The notes beneath the pieces were generated by a model, which worked only from the letters and a program-made list of their open reading frames with translations, searched no databases and was not told the origin of the DNA. Shown piece by piece: positions 39,184 to 50,994 of a stretch of 64,000 nucleotides of DNA. The stretch's first letter is position 1. Every line of letters begins with the position of its first letter. The stretch is from the NCBI RefSeq assembly GCF_009834535.1, contig NC_045697.1:4404001-4468000 (forward strand), in the 5' to 3' direction. The translations under genes and the position numbers were made by a program. This DNA comes from Camelus ferus (lineage: Eukaryota).

Positions 39184-40724
39184 CTTCTTCGTGACTTACC
39201 AGTGAGTACTTTTTAAAAGCAGACAGACTGTGAGTTAGGCCTCTTAAATGAATGAATTTTAAGAGTTGGTCCTTTCAAAATTGCCATGCCATTACTTAAA
39301 TGAGGCAGAGAAGTTTCTCATGTCATTTTCTCACATCACCTCAAGTGTGCAGTGGGAAGAACCCAGACCCAGGGTCAAATCCTGCTCCGTGATGTACTGG
39401 CTGTGTGACCGGGGGCACTGCTTCCCTTCTCTGAGATTCCTGAGCTGTGAGCTAGGGGAGGTGGTACCTGCTTCACGGCGAGGTGAGAGTTAAAGGGGAT
39501 AATGCGTGTCCCGCATGACAGTCCCCGCCCTGCAGAGATGGTGATGCCTGACCCAGTGGCGTCAGGGCTCAGTGTTGTCCATATTGATCAGACTTTTATA
39601 ATTAAAGCTGGCTTCAGGGAAGAGGTTACCTAGTAACTGGAGGTCGTTTCCTTCACATCTATTGGACTTCCACTTGCACAGAGGGCAGCTGGGTCTGGTG
39701 GGCAGGACCAGACTTCAGCAAGAATCAGTCCCGTGTTTGAATCCCATTTCTCCCAAGTATGAGCTGTGTGACTTTCCTGGGTCTGTTTCTAGCCTACGAC
39801 TGGGCACAGTAATCACTCCCATCTCACTGGGTGTTGGGACAGGTATGAGAGGTCCAAAGCTGAGGGTTAAACTGGAGTCTTCTGATTCCTAGTCTTGTAA
39901 CCTCAACCTAATGTACCTGGCCTGGGTTTTTGAGGTAACAATTGTGTGTCCTTTTAGGCATTCTGTTTATAGTGATGCTTAAAAGCCAAGAACAACTACA
40001 AACAACAGTCAGTGTACATGTTTGTTACATAAATTTTTAAAAGTTAGAATGCGCCGAATACGAGCACAAGCTCAGCATGACCGAGCACCCTGCGTGAGCT
40101 CCAGCCGCTGTATCTGGGAGGAAGCCCACCTGCTTGCCTGGGGCAGCCTTTGCCTTGCAGGTGGGGTCGAGTGGGAGAAGACTCTGGGGAAGGCTCCACT
40201 TCTGCTGACGTCCAGAGTGGAGCCCCGACCCTGGCACCCAGGCTGCGTGTTGGAATCGCCTTGGAGGCTTTAGAAAAATACCAGTGTCTGCGCCCCACCC
40301 GGACCAGTTACATCAGACCCTTCCAGGTCGGGCCCAGGCATGTGTATTTCTAAGAGACCCAGGAGGTGCTGACGTGGAGCCACTAGCGGTTGTGTGAGAG
40401 AGCCACCAGGGGTGTGAGGGCTGCCTGGGTCCAGTGCGGGGACAAGACCTGGGCTTCGGAGTCAGACTGCCTGGCGCCTCCTCTTACCAGCTCTGTGACT
40501 ATGGGCAAGTTCCTTCGCCTCTCTGACCCGCAGGCTCCTCATCAGCCAAATGAGGAAAACAGTGTTCGCAGGGTTGTGAGAGGTGAAGGAGAGACCGCGT
40601 GGGGAAAGCCTGGCTTAGTGCCTTGCGTGGGGCAGGCACTTGTGCTGTTGCGGCTGCTTCTCTGATTAACTGTTAGCAGTCACGCCGGTCTGGTGGGATG
40701 CACAAATACACTTGTGTCTTCTGG

Positions 40725-41595
40725 GCTGCAGCTGGGTGTTTTCTTAGCTGTGTTTTCTCACTGTTCACTGCTAGTATGTAGAAATGCAGTTAATCATTGT
40801 GTACTGATCTTGTATTCTGACACCATGCTGAACTTGTTTGTTAGTTCTAATTGTTTTGTGGGGTTTTTTAACAGATTCTTTAGGGTTTTCTATATATAAG
40901 TCCATGTCATCTACAAGTAGAGATCGTTTTATGTCGTCTTTTCCAATATGGTTGCCTTTTATTTCTTTTTTTCTGGCCTAATTGCCCTGGATAAACTTAT
41001 AGTACAATGTTGAATAGAAGTGACAAGAATAGACATCCTTGCCTTGTTCCTGATCTTAGAGGCAAAGCTTTCAGTCTTTCACCATTGAGTATGATGTTAG
41101 CTGTAGGTTTTCTGTAGATGCACTTTATTTGTTTGAGAAAGTTCCCTTCTGTTCCTGGTTCATTGAGTTTTTTTATCTTGACTGGGTGATAGATTTTGTC
41201 AGATGCCTTTTCTGCATTGAGATGATCATGAGGATTTTGTCCCTTTTTCTATTAATGTAGTAAATTAAATGGATTAGTTTTGGGTATTAAACCAACTTTG
41301 CATTCCTGGAATCAATATCATTTGTCTTGGTGTATAGTTCTTCGTATATGTTGCTGGGTTTGTTTTTCCAGTATTTTGCTGAGGAGTTTTGTATCTAGAT
41401 TTGTAAGGGATATTAGTCTGTAGTTTTCTTTTCTTGTAATGTCTTTGCCTGGTTTTGGTATCGGAGTAACACTGTCCTCATGCAATGAATTGGGAAGTGT
41501 TCACTCCTCTTCTGCGTTTTTGAAAGAGTTTAGTATTGATTCTTCTGTAATGTTAGGTAGAATTCACCCATGAAGTCATCGAGGCCTTTCTTTGT
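40725..41595 (-). mobile_element. Antisense L1 ORF2 (RT-region) fragment
   Basis: gacatccttgccttgttcctgatcttagaggcaaagctttcagtctttcaccattgagtatgatgttagctgtagg is canonical antisense L1 RT sequence. Confidence 0.9.
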
Positions 41596-42089
41596 ATCTA
41601 GGTGCAAAGTATGTTTAATGTATACAACAGTTTTCATCTCTTTGCTGTGGCATTACAGTTTTACCTGAATTGGAAAGGAATGGCTGACAGGGCCAGGGCT
41701 TTTGAAGGATGAATTTACATCAGATTTGCACTCTTTTAATATAAGGATGCACAGGCAGGGATGGTGGATGTCTTGTCCAAATCAGACCTTTGCCAGCATC
41801 ATGACAGAGCTCCTTCCTCCCAAGCCCTTCTCCCCATGCCAGGCTCTGTGCCAAGCCTGGGTCAGCATCTCCCCTTTAATCTCATGGGTACTGTGAGGTG
41901 GAGGCTGTGGTCCCATGTTCCAGATGAGGAGACTGAGGAGAAGGGAAGATGCTTGTGCAGAACCATCAGCCAGTAAGTAGAGGGGGAGCGGGCTAGCCTG
42001 GCCCCAGCCCCGCAGGCCTTCTTTTGTCCCCTGATGACCAGAGAGAGTCACTGTGAGACTATTCTTTTTCTCCTCTATGTGAATAAAAA

Positions 42090-42275
42090 ACAGTTTGTCC
42101 CAGAGCAGCATGCATTAGAATCTTCTGGAGGGTTGTTAGAACTCACACTGCTGGGCCCAGCCCCAGTTTCTGATTCAGTAGGTCTGGGCTGGGGCCAAAG
42201 ACTTTTAATTCCTAACAAGCTCCCAGTTGATGCTGATGCTACTGGTCCAAGGACCACACTTTGAGAACTGTTGTT
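42090..42275. mobile_element. MER5A-like MITE
   Basis: gcattagaatc..ctgattcagtaggtctgggctggggcc..ggaccacactttgagaac. Confidence 0.8.
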
Positions 42276-43888
42276 CTAAGGGAAATGTCCAAATAAAAAA
42301 ATATTATCCAGGGGCCACAGATTAAATTGTGAGAGGCTAAGTGAGACCTGGATTGGGTACAGGAGGCCTGCCTATTTCTTTTGGAGTGTGAGGTGGTACA
42401 TGCTGGCCCTGGAGGGGGCCTGTCACTCAGCTCAAGTTCAGAGATAGCCCCAGAAGGAGTCTATGACCCCTGAGCCTCTAACCTTGATGGTGGCAAAAGG
42501 AGGTCTCCCACTTCCACATTTGATCAAAATTCAAACAAGAGACCACAGAGCCCTTAAGTCTGTTCAGAAAGCATTCAGAACATATCCAAAGGAAAATAAA
42601 AATAGAATAATAAAGACTTAACATTTTCTGCAAACTCTACCAGGTGTCAGGCACTGTGCAAAGTGCTTTACATGTGTAAATACATCTAGTCCTCACAGGC
42701 GAGAGCTGTTGCATCTACTTTACAAATAAGGCTCAGAGAGGTTAAGTAACTTGCCCAGAGTCACCCAGCCAGGCAGAGCTGTAGTGTGTGTTGAACCTGG
42801 TTCTTCCAGAGTCCACCAGGCTGCCTCTAGAAGGCATCAGGGTAGTTTTTCCTCTTTCTGTTGATAGTGTAGTTGGAGACAAGAAGCCACACACACATAC
42901 AGTGCCAGATCTGGGGGACCAGGATTCCAAGTCAACCTCTATCATTTCCAACTGTGTCACTTAACTTTTCCATCCTCAGCTTCCTCATCTGTAAACAGTG
43001 AGGTTAAGTTATTATCTCCAAGGTCATTGAAAACCCTATGATATTATTTGCTACTTAGAAACCTTGGCAATAGTACGGGGGCTATTTAGATGAGTGTGTC
43101 TCTTGGTGATTCAGTCTTATGATAACCTCAGCCTTCAGGACTGAGTGCTGATTGCACCAGGCCCTGTGCTAGGAGCTTTCTGTCTTTGTCTTGTGGAATC
43201 CTTATGTCAGACTGCGGAAGCCATGAACTTGATCCCTTGCTGACTGCCTCCTAAGTCTGATAGCAGTGACTTTGGATGTCTTTTGAAGATTCAAGATTGT
43301 AATGCAAATAGTAACAGTTTGACATGTTAGCTTAAAAAACACCAATAATATGAAACGAACTCAAAGCACACAGCTTCTTAGTATCACCGCGTCTATTTAG
43401 AAATTTTATTGTGTGACAAATCAATGTAATGCTAGACTGAGAAAACGCAGAATATGAGAAACTACCGTTATGAAAACCCAGGACTCCCAGGCTGGACCAG
43501 CTAACCTAGCCCGTGCAGATCTAAATGATTCCAAGCCCCTTTGAAAGTTTGCAGTGACTGGCCAGTGAACCCACTCCTGGGAAGGGAATAATTCTAAATA
43601 TTCACAAAAGTGCCTTCAAAAGGAAGTTCAGGGCAGTTCCTCTCAGCAAAGGAGCATCAAAAATAACCCAGTGTCCAAAAATCAGAATGAATGGGCTATA
43701 TGGCCTTGCCACTCTTCAGAGTCTCATGCAAAATACTTATCTTAGGATGTGCGGTGGAGACAGAAAATGGTCCATGGACACAAGTTTGAAAAATAAGCAA
43801 ATACTGCACCTAGAAAAACAAGACAGGCCGGGAGGGAGAAATCAAATCGTTACCAGGCTCAGGGTGGGGTCATGGGATGTGAGAGAAA

Positions 43889-44011
43889 TTTCTTCCTCTT
43901 CCTCTTCTCCTCCTCCTTCTCCTCCTCCTCCTTCTCCTCCTTCTTCCTCCTCCTCCTCTCCTCCTCCTCCCCTCCCCTTCCTCCCCTCCCCCCTCCCCCT
44001 TCTTTTTTTTC
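43889..44011. repeat. Polypyrimidine (CCT/CTT)n low-complexity tract
   Basis: About 120 nt of C/T only on the + strand. Confidence 0.95.
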
Positions 44012-45312
44012 TGAGTTTTCTCAAGTTCCTTAAGTGAAGTAGAGGTGACTTTTTAAATGATGGGAAAAAAAACTAGTTAGCCCTGTTTCGAAGCATAAGC
44101 TCCACTAGATGCCTCGAGGACTGGATGTTCCCCCGTAGAGCCTGGAGTGGTTTCCCCATCAATGCTTCTCCCCTGGGCTCACTCGGTGTTTGCCAAGGTC
44201 ACCGCGGAGCCGATGGTCAATAGCAGGTCAATAACTGTCCTCAGCACCTGGGTCCTGGAGGACTTTCCATTTGGAGCACAAATAGCTCCCAAGTTTCTCT
44301 CCTGGCTTCCATGGGTGAGGGTTGCCAAGACTCCCAGCGAGTTAAGAGGAAGGAGGATGGGGGGATGGGGGGTGAGGGACTCGCAGGCCAGGCACCGGGG
44401 AGGGGGTGCCCTCGCCCTAACCTGGCGGAGGGGTCGTGAAGAACACGGTATTTGTTTTGAAAAGGGAGACTTGGGAAGGGTTTTGTGGATATGCCGCTTC
44501 TGATGCTGGGAGCTGTTTCTCATTCTACGTGGTGTGATTGGGATGGCCGAGACAGTGGTAAGACACCAGGGCTGAGGGGCTTCACCCATGTGCTCCTCCT
44601 GTAAGTGCTTGTGGTTGACTTTGTGACATTACTTATCTTTATTGCAATTCTTATCTAACTACATTTTTCTTGATGCCCAAAGGATACCGACCACCAGATC
44701 CGAGACAAGCTCTTCTATCAAGTTGAGCACTTCTAATTGCCTTTTGTATCCAAACATTACATGTTTATGTTGGAAAATCTGGAGAAGACAGATGTAGAAG
44801 AGATTAAAAGTCCCTTACTTCCCCAGTCCTCCGAGAACGGTGGGGACAAAGGCCCACAGTGCGGTCGGTTCTGTCATCCCAGCAAGTGGGCTGGTCTCTG
44901 ACCCAGCAGACAAGTCCGAGAAAGGCCAGTGTGCAAGCCCGCAGTTGACCTGGGGAGACAGGTCTGTCTCACCTGGTGCTGACGAAGCAGGCCCTCGGCA
45001 CATGCTCCAGTGATGCCCCTTGGCGCAGCCTTTCAGGGGGCAGTTGGGCGATGCCTCCCCGCAGCTGAGCCGCCACTCCCTGGGGGCGTGTGTGCACTAA
45101 GGAGTATGTGGGAGGGTGTCTGATAACAGCCCCTCCCCGCAGAGAGAACGGCGAAGAACAGCAGGGAACCACCTGGATGTCCAGTTGAAGAACTGGTGTT
45201 CATGTGTGCTCTGCTCCCTCCGTTTTCTTTCTCTCTTTGTGTGTATGAGACAGTTCTCTTAAAAAACTAGGGCAGCATTTTACATGCTGTTCCCATTACT
45301 TAGTAAACACAC

Positions 45313-45700
45313 TGCATTGGTTTCCTACGGCTGCTGTGTGAGGGAACCACAGACTGGGCGGCTGAAACGATGGAAATCATTATCTCCACGTTCTGGAGTC
45401 TGGAAGTCTGAGGCAGCGACGGAGGGTCTGTTCCAGACTTCTTCCCCAGCTTCTGGGGTGTGATAGCCATTCTTGGGGTTCCTTGGCTTATAGAGGTGTC
45501 CCTGACCTCTGCCTCACCGTCCCTCGGGGTTCTCCCCGTGTGAGCCTCTTTACGAGGGCACCAGTCGTACTGGACAAGGGCCCGCCCTGATGACCTCCTG
45601 CTCTTACCTCCAGATGAGGTCACATTCTGGGGTCCTGAGGGGTTGAGACTTCAACATGTAGATTTTTTTCAGAAGGGAAAGGAATTTAACCGCTAACATG
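45313..45700 (-). mobile_element. MaLR (MLT1C/D-like) solo LTR
   Basis: tgcattggtttcctacggctgctg..ttctggagtctggaagtctgagg..aggtcacattctgggg..gacttcaacatgt..gctaaca. Confidence 0.75.
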
Positions 45701-46220
45701 TATCAAGAACATTTTTCAGTGTTATCTGACACGGTAGTTTTCTATGCTTTTTAGCTGGGATGAAACCCTTTGAATAAATGAAATTTGAAGCCCATGTGAA
45801 ACCCTCAAACACAGGTTAAAGCTGGGGAGGGGGCGTGGTGCCCAGGCCTCAGAGGAGTCCAGAAGAAAGCAGGGCTGCTGGCCTTTGCTGTTGTATGTGT
45901 ATGTGTGTATGTGTGCAAACATGTGTGTGTGTGTCAGAGTATTAATTATTAACATTAACTACTGGAACAGTTAATAATTAATTGTCCCCACTGTTCCCAG
46001 AGGGTTGGGGAAATAAGTGATTTTTTAATCTCATCTTTGTCTTCAAATTTTCCACAATGAATATGTAACACTTATTAATTAATCATTTATACTCATTAAT
46101 ATTAATAATAACAATAATTAATAGATACTTATTAAACATTCATAATAATAATAAAATCATGACTTAATTAACAAGTTAATGCAACTCATGCTGTACTCAC
46201 AACAACCCAACCCCATGAGG

Positions 46221-46730
46221 TTTTTCAAAATTGTCAATCGTTTCCTCTCAACTAGTTACATTTCCTACAATTACAAATTAGGGAATGCCTTTGAGCATCT
46301 TTGAATTTGACCAATGGTGCTGTTGCAAAATACATTTTAATTGACTATACTAGGGTTTTTGTACAAAATAGTCATGATAGCCATGGAAGATTATACCTTA
46401 ATCTCTGAGAACTGTTCTTAAGTTTAAGTGTGTAAGGAATAGTTTTAACGAAAGAAGATGTATTGTCCCAGGATCCTTACTAAGAGCAAGCAGAGGGTAT
46501 TTAAACTGATCTAGCAGTGGAACTAGGTGGGAATATCGGGATCTTTAGTTTCATCACCACTTAGGTCCCACTGAGTGTTGTGAATTCCTGTGGTCGCATC
46601 ATCTGTTCCGAGAAGCGATTCTGCCCTGGCTCTGTGTCATCTCACTCATTGACTTAGAAAGTGCCCTTCAAAGGACCCTGTTCACTGCCTGCACTTTTCA
46701 ATGAATTAAAATTTATTTCTGTTAAAAAAA
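46221..46730 (+). pseudogene. Probable 5'-truncated retrocopy of an mRNA 3'UTR inserted into a MIR
   Basis: About 500 bp of non-repeat-like sequence ending in ATTAAA followed ~15 nt later by A7. MIR halves lie on both sides (cacaacaacc..ccatgagg and cattttt..gagaaactgaagcc..gtaacctcccc). Confidence 0.55.
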
Positions 46731-47089
46731 TTTTTTTTCTCATTTTTCCCAGTGGAGAAACTGAAGCCAGAGAGGGCAGGTAACCTCCCCAGAGACACAC
46801 AGCTAATGAACAGCATCAAGATTCTAGCTCAGTCTGATGCCAGAGCCGGCCCTTGAGAACCCTCCACTCCACTGCCTTTCTGAGGCTCTAGGATGTTAAG
46901 TTCCATCAGTGAAGTGTAGGTGAGGAAGGGTGTATTTGTAGTGAGCATGAACAAACTGTTGGGTTTTCTTCTGTATCACTTAGTGTTACTTTGTGTGTCC
47001 ATCTTTCATTTTAACCTGGGTTTCTGGGCACCCCTGTTTCTATCTGTGTTCAGTTGCAGATAACAGAAGCCACTCAGTTGGGTTCCTTT

Positions 47090-47723
47090 TTTTCCTGTCT
47101 CTGCATAATGTTTTTTATTTTTATTTTTTTAATTGAAGTATAGTTGATTTACAATGTTGTGTTAGTTTATGGTGTACAGCAGTGTGATTCAAGTATACAT
47201 ATGTATATTCTTTTTCATATTCTTTTTGTTATAAGATAGTGCAAGCTATTGAGCATAGTTCCCTGTGCTATACAGTATGACCTTATTGTTTATCTATTTC
47301 ATGTGTAGTAGTTTGTATCTGCCAATCTCGAACTCCTAATTTATCCCTCCCTGCTCCTTTCCCCTTTGGTGACCATAAATTTGTTTTCTATGTCTGTGAG
47401 TCTGTTTCTATTTTGTAAATAAGTTCATTTGTGTCATTTTTTTAGATTCCACATATAAGTGATATCATACGGTATTTGTCTTTCTCTGACTTACCTCACT
47501 TAGTGTGATAATCCCTAGGTTTATCCACGTTGCTGCAAATGGCATTGTGTCATTTTTATGGCTTGTGTAATATTCCATTGTATATATACACCACATCTTC
47601 TTTATCCAGTCATCAGTTGATGGACATTTAGGTTCCTTCATGTCTTGGCTACTATAAATAGTGCAGCTGTGAACATTGGGGTGCCTGTACATTTTCGAGC
47701 TAGAGTTTTCTTTGGGTACATGT
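47090..47723 (-). mobile_element. 5'-truncated antisense L1 (same family as 23410 and 37365) with a short 3' extension
   Basis: Antisense L1 3'UTR plus ORF2 tail (ORF 47465-47692: KCPSTDDWIKKMWCIYTMEYY). TSD gttgggttccttt (47077-47089) and gttgggctccttt (47724-47736). Confidence 0.9.
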
Positions 47724-50700
47724 GTTGGGCTCCTTTAAACAGATGAGTATAGCATCCCCTTTATACAGAGGGGGAGCAGGTACTGACGACATGCTTGGAA
47801 GGTGGAAGAGCAGGGTCTCAGCTGGGCCTCAGGGTGCCACCCCTAGTTGCCCTCTGTGACGCTTGGGGATCAGAAGCACTGTCCCAGGGCCACAGCTGCA
47901 AGCAGGGATGGTAGCCAAACCCCAGGAGCCTTGGAGCATCCTACATCTGCCGGGTCCAGCAAATGGACACCTGGCATCAGCATCCAGCTGCCCGTTCATC
48001 CTGGGGTCAAACGTTGTGTGAATGAATGATTGAATGAATTGAACAAACGATGGATTGTGAGTCCTGTGTGACAGCCTAGCCCTGAGGGAGCTGAGAAGTG
48101 TGAATTTCAGCTTAGTTGGTGGTGGCACGTTTGTCCCCCTGCGGCGTCATCGCCTCAGGGTATGAGAGAGTATGAATGGACCTTGAAAGAACGTTTTGAA
48201 GAGCTCCTTTCTCAAATCTTGGAGTAAATCACTGATGTCCCAGGAGCAAAGGATTTGGGCGGTTCCTGTTTGACAGCGCGTGCCCCCTTTTCAGGGGCTG
48301 GAGCAGGTGTGATGCAGTGACAAGTCCACAGGGCCAAGCCTTGTGCATTCCCTGAATCCCGGTGAAGACATAAGAAGTGCAGCCTACAGCCGCTCTGACC
48401 AGTGATAACAAAGCTCTGTCTCTCAGCCTCTTCAGTGCAGCAGAGCTGGGTGCGCCCCACGGGACAGGCACTGAGAACATGTGCAAAGCATCTGTCCGCT
48501 CACGTGGAGGAGGTGGGGCTGCACGGGCTGTGTTCCAGGGCGCAGGGTGTGTTCCAGGCAAGGCCAGTGAGCACCTCCTCCCTCTGAAAGTGTGGGGGCG
48601 GGTGGGAGGTGGTGGTGGGGAGACGCTGTTATTCCCCCTCCCCCGGGGAGAGGTGGAGGGGCCACCCCGTGGGAGCAAAGGAGGCCTGGAGGGGGCAGGC
48701 TGCAGAGTCAGGCCGGGTCGGATCTCAGCTCTGTACTTCACCTTCTCGAGCCTCAGTTTCCTCCTCTGTGAAAACGGGCGTCGACTGAGTTCTGTGAGCT
48801 TGTTGTGGGGACTCAATACAAACCTGTTTAAATGCCTGGTATCTGCTGAGTATCTTCATGAATGGTCACTGTCATTTGGTTTCTGCAGGCTGTGCTCGAG
48901 AGCTTTCTGGGTGCAGCCAGGAGCCGCTGCCATGTGGGTTCCGGTCAGCTGGCCAGAGTGGAGGGGGAGCAGACCTGACTTGTTTGTTTCCTGGGCTGGC
49001 CATTTCTTGGAAATCTAGAGTCTTTCCCTTAGTTTCAATGTTAACAAGTGCTAAACACCATCAAAAGTAAGGAATAGCAAGCAAGAAAGGGCTAAGTGGA
49101 GGGTGGGGGAGGGACAGCAGGGGCCGTTTCTGGCTGTGTGAGCCTGGGCAGTGGCTCGGCCTCTCCGTGCCCCAGCTGTTTCATGTACAAAGTACGCCAG
49201 ACGAGCCTCCCTCTCAAGACCTTGAGAGGGTTAATGAGATGACTCTGTGCAGACAGTTCGAACATTCTGTTAGGTCCCTAACTGGGGCTTCCCTCATTCC
49301 TGCTCCCAGAGGGAGACGTTACCCCTCGGGTGCTGACATAGGACCTTTCAGGAGTGCTTAACTGTTCTCCTGGTTATGATTTGGGTTTAACAGATCAAAA
49401 TATAGGTTCGTAGATGCCTCTTGGAAGGCAGAGCACTTCTGTTAAGTGTTGAAGGGATGGTCCATTCACTGTGTAATTTCCCCCTCCCACCGTTTCTTAA
49501 TTCCCACGACACGAGGGGGAATCTGACATCATCTGACGTCTAACATCACCACGGCGTTAGAGGTTAGTCTGCAAACGTCTGTGAGAATTTCCATGAGATC
49601 TAGCAGTTGTGTTGAGCAGCGCTTTGGGGAGCAACCAGTGGACCGGGCTTTCAAAGGTTTGTGTCCAAGTCCAGGCAGGCTGTGGCTCTCAGAGCCACAT
49701 GTTCTCTCTCGTGTAAGTGGGGCCATGAATGATTCTCAGGGGGCTTGATGGTTGATGCGGTGGTATCAGGGGAACTAGGTTATTTTACTCTGTGTTTGCA
49801 GTGGCATTTTTGTTAAGGATGGGCCGGGCTGCGCCTGGGAGGTATCCATCCCTGACGTGGGGTGGGTCAGCCCTAGTAGCATCCCACGGCTTGAGGGGAG
49901 GGGAGGAGTGGGTCCCAAGGACACTAAGCTGCCCTGCCCCAGCCCCACAGACTCCAAACAGATGGGTCCTACGTCTTGCAGCTCGGTCTGCCCAGGTCCC
50001 GCTGTCCTGCTGGGGCAGCTCGGATGTTGCTTCCATCACCAAGCCCCCAGCCGGAAGCCATCTCTTCTGTCTCCGGGTGTCCCCAGCAGGTTATCCCTCA
50101 TTACCGTTTTCTGATTTGGGCTGTGATTGTTTATGGACACGTCACCCTTCCCTGCCAGACCTGAAGGTCTGGCTGGAGAGGGGATAAGGTTTATCTCTCT
50201 GCCCCCAGGCCTTGTGCCGTACCTGGCATTGTTTGTATGCGTGAAGGAAGGCACTGCAGTGTCCCTCGTGTGCACGTGTGAACACCCGTTTCATAGGCAC
50301 CTGCCAGCTGCTTTTCCCTGGGCCAGGCACTGAGTCAGGCTCTCAGGAAGCTGAGACTAATGCCAAGTCCTCACTGCCGCAGAGTGCCCCCTGTGGTGGG
50401 GGACATAGTGCCAAGATGGGGCGGTCAGGGCTGTGAAGAAGGGAAGCCAGGTGTACTATGGATGTGCAGAGGAAGCCTCCCCTCAGTCTGGGGATAGGAT
50501 GTGGAAACAAAACCTTTACATTTATGAGTATCCAAAGCCTAACAAAGAAGTTGTGAGCAGAGTGACTGTCCCATTCTTCGGGGAGATACTGGTGGTGGTG
50601 GGGAGCAGGGCTGAGATCTGCTGTGAAATATTCAGGTACTCACGCTGAGAAGAATTCCTGCTTAGCTAACTTCAAAATTCGAATCGGCATGGGCTTTGTC

Positions 50701-50994
50701 TTTGTGATTTAATTTAGATCATCAGTATGATTTTTGTGTTATTTGGGGCCACGTTACTTTATAGTGTGCTTCTTGAGTATCGATTTTATAATGCAGCTTG
50801 TATCTTGGTGGATGTATTACAGAGCTCTTTAATTCAGAAGTGGTGAGTTGTGCCTTTTTGGTTGTAGGTCAGAGATTGTGTCAACACTGAGAGATGAACA
50901 GTGGCTGGGCGTGAACTTGAGCTTTCTTTTCCTTTAGTTGACTATGAATACGCAGAAGTTGGCTCGCTTTGTGCATTTGAATCTTGAAGGTCAT

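Noticed and set aside
48229..49018. Overlapping 195-aa and 213-aa ORFs
   Set aside because: GC-rich sequence partly overlapping a MIR, no recognisable domain and non-ATG starts; consistent with chance ORFs.
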